Part shown: piece after piece, positions 39,441-49,300 of the stretch
How positions within the stretch are numbered: the first letter of the stretch is position 1
Layout: the number at the start of each line of letters is the position of its first letter
Origin: an uncultured delta proteobacterium
Lineage (GTDB): Bacteria > Desulfobacterota > Syntrophia > Syntrophales > Smithellaceae
Assembly (NCBI GenBank): GCA_963753975.1
Contig: CAVWEH010000006.1
Location: 1-64,000 of the forward strand
Direction of reading: 5' to 3'
DNA: 64,000 nucleotides
Translations under genes and position numbers: made by a program
The notes under the pieces: model-generated
The model's input: only the letters and a program-made list of their open reading frames with translations
What the model was told of the DNA's origin: nothing
Database searches by the model: none

Positions 39441-39553
39441 GATTTTCTCCTTTCTTAATAAACATGGGACTGCTTCACCTGCAACTCAACAACAATGGTG
39501 AATAAAATATTTTGAGGATTTGTGTTTGAAATGTTTGATCAAAAACGTTCTAC

Positions 39554-42040
39554 TTAAGCTAAACGCGTAGTCGACAATCCGAACCTTGCTTCCTCTCTTA
39601 TTCTATAATCTTCTTCTTTATGTGAAGAAATACTTTTCAAAACTGGATGAATTAATTCTACAGCCATCCCTTTTCTCAATAATGAACCCAATGCGGCAAC
39701 TATGGCTTTTCTCGAAGAAATACTACATTCTTTTTTGAGTCTTTCAATTAATGGCGCTACGGACTTCTCATTTACTAGGATGTATGACAAACAATCTGCT
39801 GCTTGCTTTCGAACTTGGGTCATTGGATCATTTAATGCCTCGAATAATACATTCATCTCTTTATCCACGATATTGTTATCAGATTTTGATAGCTCCTTTA
39901 TATTATTGGCAAAAGCGTACACCGCTGTTTTTCTTAATTTGTAACTTTTTTCATTTTTAATAATGTGTTTTAAGATATCAATAATTCTTACATCTATTAT
40001 ATTAAATGAAAACTGATTGATCGCTGCATCCTTAACGGGAATAGTTGAGTGAGGAGATTGAATAATTTTGATGAGGACGGGGCTTATTTCTCTACTCTTT
40101 GTTCTTCCCAGCGTGCTAATTGAGTTTTCAATTATTCGTTCTTCTTTGTCATTAATTAAGTTTAAACAAATGTTTATCAGTTTCTCGGGTTTAACAATTT
40201 TTGTCCATTTATTCTCAAAGTACCAATAAATACTAAAACTACTTTTGATCAGGAAAGTCCATTCTTCATTGTTTAAAATAAGTTGTTTGATATTGGGATA
40301 TAGAATTTCTAATCTGTCTTTGCTGGCCAATACCCCGTGTTGTTTCCATTCTCTAAAGGCCTTCCTGAATATATCGATTGCCGTTTTCGCTTTTTGTGCT
40401 TCAGGCCCTAATTTTTCAAAAAACTTTTTTGATAAGAAATCATGTACCAATTCATAGCCCACAGCATTCGTGCCTTCAATTACTGGGTGAACAATTTTCT
40501 TTTTTATTAAATGTTCAATGACGTGTTTAGCATTCTGCTTGGTTGTTAATATATACCGGCTGATTTCTTCGATATTAAGAAAAGTTCTCAGTCCCTCGGG
40601 ACCAGTTAATAAATCTAATATATTCTGAGCATAAAGTTTTTCTTCCTCAGTTAATCCTTCCAGCATTGATTCGCTTAAATAATCAGCAATAATAGATTCA
40701 GCGCAGTCGGTTCCCTTATATAGATTTTGCCCAAACTCAATTAATGGTTTTGAACCAGAATTTTGATTTTTGAACTCTTCGAATAATTTTGAGCAAACTA
40801 TTTGCAGGTAAGGGGGATATATTAAGCCATCGCCAATTTTCTTTAACTCCGCAATTAGTTGAAGTATAAACTTATCACCTACCTTAATATCAAGTTTATT
40901 AAGAGGTTCAACTATTGCTACAAGAGCCTTTTCTTCATTTAATCTTTTTATTCTATATTGATGAATCCATGCATCTTCAAGGTTATATAAATGCGCCCAA
41001 TCCCATAGTTCCCCAATATAATCTTCTCTCAATGAAAGCAGAAAATATATCTTTCCTTTTATTGGCGGTACAGTCAATGATTCTATAATACCCTTTGACA
41101 AATGTTCTCTTTCCGATTCCCTTGCTCTCGTGAATATTTCCTCAAACTGGTCAATTACGATTATGAGATTCCTGTTCTCAGTATCAACAAATGACTTAAG
41201 TTGTAAAATTAAATGAGGAAAGGTATCGATTGCAGCTAGTTCTTCAATTACGTGGCTAGGTATTCTATTTTCGTTCAGTGTTTTAAAAAGCGCTTCTCTT
41301 ATTCTTTTGATTGGCTCGTCAAGACATCTGACCGAAATAGTAATAATACCATCGTTCTTAAAATGGGGAATCAATCCTGCATTCACAAGAGACGTTTTAC
41401 CAGTCCCAGATTCACCAAAGAGCCCAACAATATTATGTCTATATATCCTAGTTAATAATTCTTCTGTTTCTTGTTCGCGACCAAAAAAATATTCTTTGTC
41501 GCTTTCAGTATACGATTGTAGTTCTTTGTATGGATTTGCTTTTTTCCAATCATTAATGCTTCCTTTAGTTGATTTATTTAACGCCTTATTTTTATTTTCT
41601 TTTATTACTTGCTTCTCCCACTTTTCTTTTGCCGTCCGGATATTATCAAGCGTTATTTTATTTGTTAAGGATTTCCCCTGCTTATGTGCTTCGTCATGAT
41701 CGTTCGGACACAATACAGCAAGGTTACAATAAGAGTTATTTTGTGATTTTGAATATTCCTCAATGTGATGTATGATGTATGCATCGCTTTTGGTCCCTTT
41801 ACACAAACAACATGTAAAGTTGCTCCGCTCTAACAATGTTTGCAATATATCTTCTTCTATCGGCTCTCTTGTCAAACAATCCTTAACAAAATCGACTTGT
41901 ATCGGGGGTATCTTATACTTATTAATAAGATTGTTTTTTGATGTTTGTTTAAAGGTAGTTGTTGAAATTCCAATAAGGTCGTATTCACGAGCCCAATTAC
42001 TTGGTACGCCATATTGAATGTAGGTTTTTTCTAACGACAT
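39554..42040 (-). CDS. HNH nuclease - nSTAND1-type P-loop ATPase - HEAT repeat protein (candidate defence protein)
   Basis: CCLC...HHI...N...NLAVLCPNDHDEAH; NPYKEL...FFGRE, GESGTGKTS, IVIDQFEE, LSLREDY; C-terminal HEAT-like units (ALNDPMTQVRKQAA, SRKAIVAALG); AT-rich. Confidence 0.8.
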   Translation of the reverse strand: MSLEKTYIQYGVPSNWAREYDLIGISTTTFKQTSKNNLINKYKIPPIQVDFVKDCLTREPIEEDILQTLLERSNFTCCLCKGTKSDAYIIHHIEEYSKSQNNSYCNLAVLCPNDHDEAHKQGKSLTNKITLDNIRTAKEKWEKQVIKENKNKALNKSTKGSINDWKKANPYKELQSYTESDKEYFFGREQETEELLTRIYRHNIVGLFGESGTGKTSLVNAGLIPHFKNDGIITISVRCLDEPIKRIREALFKTLNENRIPSHVIEELAAIDTFPHLILQLKSFVDTENRNLIIVIDQFEEIFTRARESEREHLSKGIIESLTVPPIKGKIYFLLSLREDYIGELWDWAHLYNLEDAWIHQYRIKRLNEEKALVAIVEPLNKLDIKVGDKFILQLIAELKKIGDGLIYPPYLQIVCSKLFEEFKNQNSGSKPLIEFGQNLYKGTDCAESIIADYLSESMLEGLTEEEKLYAQNILDLLTGPEGLRTFLNIEEISRYILTTKQNAKHVIEHLIKKKIVHPVIEGTNAVGYELVHDFLSKKFFEKLGPEAQKAKTAIDIFRKAFREWKQHGVLASKDRLEILYPNIKQLILNNEEWTFLIKSSFSIYWYFENKWTKIVKPEKLINICLNLINDKEERIIENSISTLGRTKSREISPVLIKIIQSPHSTIPVKDAAINQFSFNIIDVRIIDILKHIIKNEKSYKLRKTAVYAFANNIKELSKSDNNIVDKEMNVLFEALNDPMTQVRKQAADCLSYILVNEKSVAPLIERLKKECSISSRKAIVAALGSLLRKGMAVELIHPVLKSISSHKEEDYRIREEARFGLSTTRLA

Positions 42041-42127
42041 TGTATTATTTATTCAGGAAATTTTAAGTCTCTTGAGTTAAAGTCGTCAGCGTTAGTTTTT
42101 AACAAGACGTTGCTTGTTCTTGAACGA

Positions 42128-42176
42128 ACTATAAAACTGTCATTATCGTATGTCAATTGAATATTGGCCGCAAAAT
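42128..42176 (-). promoter_or_regulatory. Repeated promoter module, copy A (upstream of the HNH-ATPase gene)
   Basis: Minus strand ATTTTGCGGCCAATATTCAA-TTGACA-TAC...(17 bp spacer)-TATAGT. Confidence 0.75.
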
Positions 42177-42252
42177 TTGAGGGGTCGAAGATCGAAATTC
42201 GCCATGACCGCCTAACGCGTTTTGTCAATAAGCTCGTCAACGGTACCGAAAT

Positions 42253-42321
42253 ATTAGGGACAGCGCTCTGTTTTCGGACAAGATTATTTCAACATTGGAT
42301 ATGAGGGAACATCGTCCCTAA
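42253..42321. repeat. REP-like inverted doublet (GGGACAG family)
   Basis: ATTAGGGACAGCG...CATCGTCCCTAA. Confidence 0.6.
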
Positions 42322-42439
42322 CTACCCGATTTCGTCACGCAGTTATATTCATCCAGCCGTTTAAGCATAGCCGCTATACTGCTTTCAACCATGGCAATGC
42401 TTGTATCAGCCGCGCGAGACACTCACACAGAGAGAAAAA

Positions 42440-42691
42440 TTAGGCTTTCTTGATCAACCTCAATAGAAACAGCAATACCATCGCTCCGATCAGTGCCATC
42501 ACCAGTGTACCGAGGATGCCGCCCAGTGAGATACCGAGTAGACTGAATAACCAGCCTCCCAACAGAGCGCCGATCACCCCGACAACCAAATCCCCCACCA
42601 GGCCAAACCCACCGCCCTTCATGATGCGACCGGCAAGCCAACCTGCCGCAAGTCCAATTACCAGAAACAGTATCAAGCTTTGTGTATCCAT
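42440..42691 (-). CDS. GlsB/YeaQ/YmgE transglycosylase-associated membrane protein
   Basis: IGLAAGWLAGRIM, GVIGALLGGWL, ALIGAMVLL. Confidence 0.9.
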   Translation of the reverse strand: MDTQSLILFLVIGLAAGWLAGRIMKGGGFGLVGDLVVGVIGALLGGWLFSLLGISLGGILGTLVMALIGAMVLLFLLRLIKKA

Positions 42692-42795
42692 CTTTTTGTC
42701 TCCTTATCGAAGTTTAGATTCCGTGTCATTATGCACGGTTAATCTTCGTGGTCGAATTGCTTGCACCCAACAACTGGTATCCTATTCCCTGCCGC

Positions 42796-44340
42796 TTAGC
42801 GGAAAACCGGCGGTAGGTGTTGCAGATAATCCTTGCCGCTTACGGCACCCGCACACATAAATGCAGAGTGGGCAGCTCCCTCAATGCCGCCTTCGTTGAT
42901 GCGCTTCCCGTAGGTATCACCGGCGAAATACAATCCTTCAATAGTGGGGCATTTCACATCCACCCATTCATCTTCCGGGTGCCGCCAAAGGATGCAGGTA
43001 TCTCCCACGGTAAACAGCATCCATTCCACCGATTTTCGCCAGCCTTTAAAGGCGCTATCGACAAATTTCAACATCCGGTCAATCACGATATTCACCTTCT
43101 TCTTATCGTGGGCTTCGCTATCCAGAATACTGCTGGCCATTCCCATCAGGTGTTTGCCTTCCGGCGCGGAAGTCGGCGCGATAGCCGACATAGCAATAAT
43201 GTCCAGCGGCACATTGCCCCGGAAAAGCCCTTCGCTCTCGGGAATCAGCATGGAAGTATGGTAGAAAGACCGGGGGTCTACTTTGAGTTCGCAGAATTCA
43301 TGCAGAGGTTTGGTCATGCCTATCTGGGCGGCAACCATCGATGTATGAATTATCTTTTTAGTTAAGCTGACGAAATCCGGCGGCAGTAAATTCTCCGGAA
43401 TGAGTTTCAGCAAAACTTTTGGCGGCAGAGTGCAGATTACAGTCGGGGATTTTATTTCCACCGTTTTGCCTTCGATTTCAGCTACCACACCAACCGCCTT
43501 GCCGTTCTGAATCATAACCTCTTTCACCGGAGCATTGGTAACAACGTCTCCGCCGTTATCTTTGACCACTGTCGCAAAACCTTCGGTAATGAAACGATGC
43601 CCGGGCGATCCGGCGAAGGCCCAGGAGCCATTGGTTATATGCACCCTCGTATCCTGAACCTGCAGAAATACTTTCATGTTCTCGCCTGCGGAATTCAGCG
43701 CCGGATCGTTAATGATTGTCTGGAAAGTCCCCATGGCATAGTGGAATTCCTGCGCCAGTTCATTTTTCGTTATCCCTTCCACCCAATCTTTCAAGGTCAC
43801 ATGATCTAATTTTTCCGCATCCGCTATTGTGTGCAGTTGCAGTTTGCGTTTATGGACTTTCACCATCTCCGCGTAATCTTCATCGCTCATCCAGCCGTAT
43901 TTGTCCCTCCGGCCGAGGATGTAAGGTTTCCAATCGTGGTCGTACCAGACAAAGCCTTCATTGGGATAGAAAATCGAAGCCTTGTTAAACACCGCCAGGG
44001 CCTGGCTTACGCGCCCCCGGTTGGTAAACCAGGCGCCGCGCCCGCCGGCTTCGAGAACGTAACCATCCAGCATTTTCTTTTTTATCAGGGTCTCAAGGTT
44101 CGGCTCTGTCTTATCGCTGACCCAGGAATGGGCCGATTGCGCCAGCGTCTTGCGAAATTGGTCGGCGTCTGTAATAGCTTCGCCGCGGAATGATGTTGCC
44201 CTTCCCCCAATCTGCGATGAAGCCTCGAGGATGAGAACCTTCTTACGATCCATTTTTGATAATAGAGCTCCGACAGCTGAACCGGCTATCCCGCAGCCGA
44301 TTATAATAACATCGTAGTTACTGGAAATTCTTGCAGTCAT
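42796..44340 (-). CDS. FAD-dependent oxidoreductase (phytoene desaturase / amine oxidase-like)
   Basis: YDVIIIGCGIAG, LILEA...IGGR, C-terminal GLYFAGD. Confidence 0.8.
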   Translation of the reverse strand: MTARISSNYDVIIIGCGIAGSAVGALLSKMDRKKVLILEASSQIGGRATSFRGEAITDADQFRKTLAQSAHSWVSDKTEPNLETLIKKKMLDGYVLEAGGRGAWFTNRGRVSQALAVFNKASIFYPNEGFVWYDHDWKPYILGRRDKYGWMSDEDYAEMVKVHKRKLQLHTIADAEKLDHVTLKDWVEGITKNELAQEFHYAMGTFQTIINDPALNSAGENMKVFLQVQDTRVHITNGSWAFAGSPGHRFITEGFATVVKDNGGDVVTNAPVKEVMIQNGKAVGVVAEIEGKTVEIKSPTVICTLPPKVLLKLIPENLLPPDFVSLTKKIIHTSMVAAQIGMTKPLHEFCELKVDPRSFYHTSMLIPESEGLFRGNVPLDIIAMSAIAPTSAPEGKHLMGMASSILDSEAHDKKKVNIVIDRMLKFVDSAFKGWRKSVEWMLFTVGDTCILWRHPEDEWVDVKCPTIEGLYFAGDTYGKRINEGGIEGAAHSAFMCAGAVSGKDYLQHLPPVFR

Positions 44341-44418
44341 CTTTCCTCCAAATTTTTTGTCCGGCCTTTTGGCCCAATTTCATTGGCCTTTGATAAGACT
44401 TTGCCTGTCCCTAAAGAA

Positions 44419-44467
44419 ACTATAAAATTGTCGGTCTTGTATGTCAATGAAATATAGACCGCAAAAT
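44419..44467 (-). promoter_or_regulatory. Repeated promoter module, copy B
   Basis: ACTATAAAATTGTCGGTCTTGTATGTCAATGAAATATAGACCGCAAAAT; minus strand TTGACA-17-TATAGT. Confidence 0.8.
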
Positions 44468-44552
44468 GTGAGAGGTATGGTGTCGATGAAAAAGAAAGGG
44501 AGATGTCGCGACATCCATTTTTATGAGAAATTCGCGTGAAAGGGGAAAACAA

Positions 44553-44577
44553 ATAGGCGGGTGTAATTCCCGCCTAT
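44553..44577. terminator. Hairpin terminator downstream of the SWIB gene
   Basis: ATAGGCGGG-TGTAATT-CCCGCCTAT flanked by A/T runs. Confidence 0.7.
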
Positions 44578-44600
44578 CTGGAAAAAACAATTATACTTTT

Positions 44601-44930
44601 TTAGGACTCGATATTGGCGCTGATAACACATGCCATTTGCATCATATCGATGGTCTGGCCCTCTTGTAACTTTGTGAAATCAGTCACTTTGCCGGTCTTA
44701 CTTTTGATTTTGGTGTTGTTGAATATTTTAATCAATTTGGCATCAGCCACGATGTTCTTACCGGCGTTTTCCGGTTTACCATTGACCGTTTTTGTTTGCA
44801 GTTTGTTCTTTTTGATATAATCCCATATTTTTTTGGTTATCTCCGTGCGCGGAAGAGCGCCGGCACCCAATAATGCCGCCAAGTCCGCTTTCAATTTTAC
44901 CGGTTTGTCCAATCCTTTTGCTTCTGCCAT
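44601..44930 (-). CDS. Stand-alone SWIB/MDM2 domain protein
   Basis: LAALLG...PRTEITKKIWDYIKKNKLQ...IVADAKL. Confidence 0.85.
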   Translation of the reverse strand: MAEAKGLDKPVKLKADLAALLGAGALPRTEITKKIWDYIKKNKLQTKTVNGKPENAGKNIVADAKLIKIFNNTKIKSKTGKVTDFTKLQEGQTIDMMQMACVISANIES

Positions 44931-44994
44931 GGCTTATGCCTCCATTCTTTAATTTAAATTGATTTAGTATTTTTTGATCAGATATTGCGGGGGG

Positions 44995-45044
44995 AGTATA
45001 AGAACTTTCCGTTTTGTATGTCAAGGAAATATTGACCGCAAAAT
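44995..45044 (-). promoter_or_regulatory. Repeated promoter module, copy C
   Basis: ...TTGTATGTCAAGGAAATATTGACCGCAAAAT; minus strand TTGACA-18-TATACT. Confidence 0.75.
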
Positions 45045-45148
45045 ACGGGGTGCGAAGGGAATACCCGAGAGCTTGCCCATTGGCTCCGACCCCTCGCAAA
45101 ACAGCTCACATACATCAAAAACCAATTGGCGTAAAAAAACTATTGCGA

Positions 45149-45598
45149 TCAACCCCTCACAATAAGTATGGGAATCTTTGTATCATTGTGAATAACACCA
45201 TAGGAAACACTACCGAGGACTGTGGCTGATAAGGCACTCCTTCCATGGGAGCCCATAACAATAAGATTTGCCTTCGACCTCTTTGCTTCTTTCACAATCT
45301 CCTCCACGGGATGCCCCATCTTTATAGAAATCTTCGATGCGACACCGCTTTTATCGCAGAGTTTCTTTATTTCTTCGGCATATCCATCGGCAGCCTCTCT
45401 CAGATAATCCTCAATCGGCTCTATTGCGTGCCTTGCTGTCTCCGCTGCGGGAACTGTCCGGGCTACCAGTGAGCGCTTATCAATAACGCTCAGGGCAATA
45501 ATTGAGGCCTTCAACTGTTTGGCGAGGTCAACCGCATACGCGGCTGCTCTTTGAGCTGTTTTGGAGCCGTCTGACGGCACAAGAATATTGGAAATCAC
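45149..45598 (-). CDS. Universal stress protein
   Basis: ILVPSDGS, GHPVEEIV, LIVMGSHGRS, LGSVS; GTG start after AGGAGG. Confidence 0.92.
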   Translation of the reverse strand: MISNILVPSDGSKTAQRAAAYAVDLAKQLKASIIALSVIDKRSLVARTVPAAETARHAIEPIEDYLREAADGYAEEIKKLCDKSGVASKISIKMGHPVEEIVKEAKRSKANLIVMGSHGRSALSATVLGSVSYGVIHNDTKIPILIVRG

Positions 45599-45671
45599 AC
45601 ATCCTCCTTTAATCATGAAAAAAGGGTAAAGCAGTATGCTCTGATTGACAAGAACTTTCTTTTTCGCTGCG

Positions 45672-45715
45672 AGTATATGAAGAAGGATTTTGTGTGTCAA
45701 GATGATTTTGACCAC
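45672..45715 (-). promoter_or_regulatory. Repeated promoter module, divergent copy E
   Basis: AGTATATGAAGAAGGATTTTGTGTGTCAAGATGATTTTGACC; TTGACA-17-TATACT; resembles 14262-14300. Confidence 0.55.
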
Positions 45716-46308
45716 CTCCAGATATGGGGTTCGGGAGTTTTTCCTTTTAAAAAATAATTGCGCCCATCTGAACTGACAAGTAGGTTTAAGTAACTATTTT
45801 GTCATTTGAAAAACATTTTAATTGTCATATAGTAAGCCATGGCATGTAAAAGATAAATGATAAAAAGATAAGTTTACACCTAATAACACAAAAGCATCAA
45901 CCGATTGAATAATTAATTACAGAGATATTATGATGTTTTATGAATTAATGATTGTTAACTTTATCCGGAAATTAGCTGGTTGCTGCAATTTATAGAAAAT
46001 TATCAAAAAACGTTCTATCGAAAATGTTATATTGAAAGAGCTTAAATTTGCATTGGATGCATTTGTATTTGCATTAATTGGTCAATTACTTATAATTATT
46101 TTAATGACTATTGGTGAAATATTTCTTAGATAGAGAAATAAAATATTAACAATGGGGCGCTGTCTCTAATCGCAGATCAATTTCATTTTGCTTCGCATTT
46201 TCTGCGTATATTAGGTCAGGCGAACCAGACAAAGAAAACGCATCCGGCAAATGAACAATTACCGGCTATAGCTCCGGCTTGCCATATGTAGTAAGGAGAC
46301 CCGAAAGA

Positions 46309-49300
46309 GTGAAGTTAATCGACAAGACAGTTTTGGAACCATTGCTGAGATTGAAGAAACAAACGCTCGGCGGAGCTTTCGGAAGAAAGTACTCCTACGA
46401 TGAATTACCTCTGCGATCGGAATTGCTCAGCTCCGACCAGATGAAGCAGCACGGCAAAGCACTGGCGAATGTACATAAATTGACCCGCGTCAAGAGTTTC
46501 TGAACAGCTTCTGGCGCGTCTTCATGAGAATGAAGATGTGCTGATTGAAACATGCAACCAGCTGACAGATGTGGTCAAAGATAACAGCACGATAGCACCT
46601 GCCGAAGAATGGCTTCTCGATAACTTCTATTTAATTGAAGAACATATTCGCATGGCTAAAAGACACTTGTCCAAAGGCTATAGCCGGGAATTGCCGCGTC
46701 TACAAAATGGGCCATCGGCCGGACTCCCCCGTGTCTATGATATTGCGATCGAGACCATCTCCCACGGCGATGGCCGGGTGGATATGGAAAGTCTCATTAG
46801 TTTTGTTACATCCTACCAAACGGTAACCCATCTGAAATTGGGCGAGTTGTGGGCAATTCCGATTATGCTGCGTCTGGCGCTGATCGAAAATCTGCGACGC
46901 ATTGGAACGCGAATTATTGCCGGTATTGCCGACAGGGAACGAGCCGATTACTGGGCGGACCAGATGGCCGATATTGCACGGAGAGACCCCAAAAGTCTCG
47001 TTCTGGTCATCGCGGATATGGCACGGTCCGATCAACCGATGGCCAGTTCATTTGTCGCGGAATTTGCGCGTCGTTTGCAAGGACAGAGTCCGGCCCTGGC
47101 GTTGCCTCTGACCTGGATTGAGCAGCGGCTTTCCGAGTCCCATTTGACGATTGAACAGTTGGTCCGATCCGAGAATCAGCAACAGGCCGCCGACCAGGTA
47201 TCTGTAAGTAACAGCATCGGCAGCCTCCGGTTTCTGACGGCGATGAACTGGCGTGAGTTTGTGGAGACCATGAGCGTTGTCGAACAGATACTGCGTGAGG
47301 ATCCCAGTGATATCTATATCAAAATGGATTTTACAACCAGAGACCGTTATCGTCATGCCGTTGAAAAGATAGCAAAATACAGCCCCCTATCCGAAAGTGA
47401 AGTGGCGCGCCTGGCAATCGATTTATCCCGGGAAGGCTCATCAAAGCATAGCAATGGTGATCGAGAGACACATGTTGGTTTTTATCTGATCGACAAAGGA
47501 TTGCCCGAACTTGAACAAAGGGCTCAGATGCGTCAAGCCCTTCTCTGAGTTTATTCGTCGAATTATCTGCAAATTTCCGTTGTTTATCTATCTTGGGACA
47601 ATAATGGTGATCACATTAATCACGGCCTTCGGCTTACTGCTAAAAGTTCAAACCGATAGTTTGCACGGTTGGATACTTGTGCCTATCGCTATTATTTTTA
47701 TTCTGGGCGCAAGTAGTCTGGCCGTAGCGCTGACGAACTGGTTGGCTACGCTTCTGGCCCATCCGCATCCGCTGCCGCGTATGGACTTTTCCCTGGAAAT
47801 TCCACCGGAATCAAGCACTCTGGTGGTAATCCCGACTATGCTTACGAGTGCTCAAAACGTAGAAGACCTGGTCGAATCACTGGAGATCAGATTTTTGGCT
47901 AATCGGGATAATAACCTGCACTTTGGCTTACTTACCGATTTTTGTGATGCCCATGAAGAAACGACTTCCGAGGACGATGCGCTCCTGCGATTGGCCGAGA
48001 TGCGGATTGAAGAACTCAATGATAAGTATAGAGGCACAAAAGGAGGAACTTTCTTTCTCTTCCATCGTCCACGCCGCTTGCAATCCAGAGGAACAACTTT
48101 GGATGGGTTATGAGCGTAAACGAGGAAAGATAGCTGAGTTGAATGCTTTTCTGCGCGGTGGCGCAAAAGATAGTTTCTCTCTTATCGTCGGTATCACTGA
48201 AATATTATCCAATGTGAAGTATGTAATTACTCTGGATACGGATACTCAACTTCCTCGCGATTCCGCACAGCAATTTGTGGGGGCTATGGCCCATCCGCTG
48301 AATCGTCCACGTTATGATGAAGCACGGCAACGTATTTGTGACGGTTATGGCATTCTTCAGCCGCGCGTCGCAGAGAGCTTTATCGGGCGACGGCAAGTCA
48401 TGGTATGCGCGACTCTGGGGAGGTGAAACCGGCATTGATCCTTATACACGCGTTGTTTCCAATATCTACCAGGATGTATTTGCTGAAGGTTCCTATATCG
48501 GCAAAGGTATTTATGATGTCGATGCGTTTGAGAAGGCCCTCGCCGGCCGCCTTCCCGAAAACCGGATACTTAGTCACGACCTCATAGAAGGTTGCTATGC
48601 GCGTTCGGGTTTGCTCTCCGATGTTCAATTATATGAGGAATATCCGTCTCAATACAGCATGGATGTGAGCCGAAGGCATCGCTGGATTCGCGGAGATTGG
48701 CAAATTGCCAGTTGGCTCCGGTCGGTCGTTCCGACCGCAGGCGGCAGTCATCAGAAAAATAAAATATCCTGGCTTTCCCAGTGGAAGATTTTCGACAACC
48801 TTAGGCGCTCTCTGGTTCCCGCGGCTCTGACCTTGATGTTAATTATGGGATGGACCATCATGTCTCCGGTTTGGCTGTGGACGATCATGGTGATCGGAAT
48901 TCTTCTCATTCCTTCCGCGTGCGCAATACTTCTGGAGCTCTTCCGCAAGCCGGGAGATGTGCTATTGCGCCAGCATTTTGTCACTGCCCTGCGTCAGGCC
49001 GGAAGGAACTTTTTTCAGACTTTGTATACGCTGATTTGTCTTCCCTATGAAGCATTTTTTAGTCTGGATGCGATTGCCCGTACTCTCTGGCGAATGCTCG
49101 TTTCACACAAGCGACTGCTGGAGTGGAATCCTTCCGGAAACCAGACGAGCCATAGCAGCAATAGCCTTGCCGCTTCCTGCCGGTCGATGTGGATAGCCCC
49201 TTTTCTTTCCGCCGTGCTATTTATTTATCTCACTGCTGTCAAGACCTGGCGCTCTGAGCGCTGCTTTGCTTGTGCTGGTTCTTTGGTTTCTATCTCCCGT

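Noticed and set aside
42205..42780. attC-like core sites (GCCTAAC near 42210, ACCCAAC near 42766)
   Set aside because: No matching partner boxes or L-box hairpins were found and there is no integrase; single 7-mers are expected by chance.
44419..44467. Repeated module as Xer/dif (pdif) sites
   Set aside because: TATGTCAA resembles a XerD arm, but there is no 11-6-11 inverted XerC arm; the -35/-10 reading fits better.
46205..46285. c-di-GMP-I (GEMM) riboswitch-like words upstream of ndvB (GGCGAACC, ACGCA, TAGC..GGCTTGCC)
   Set aside because: The P2 stem with a GNRA loop cannot be formed by eye; an Infernal search would be needed.
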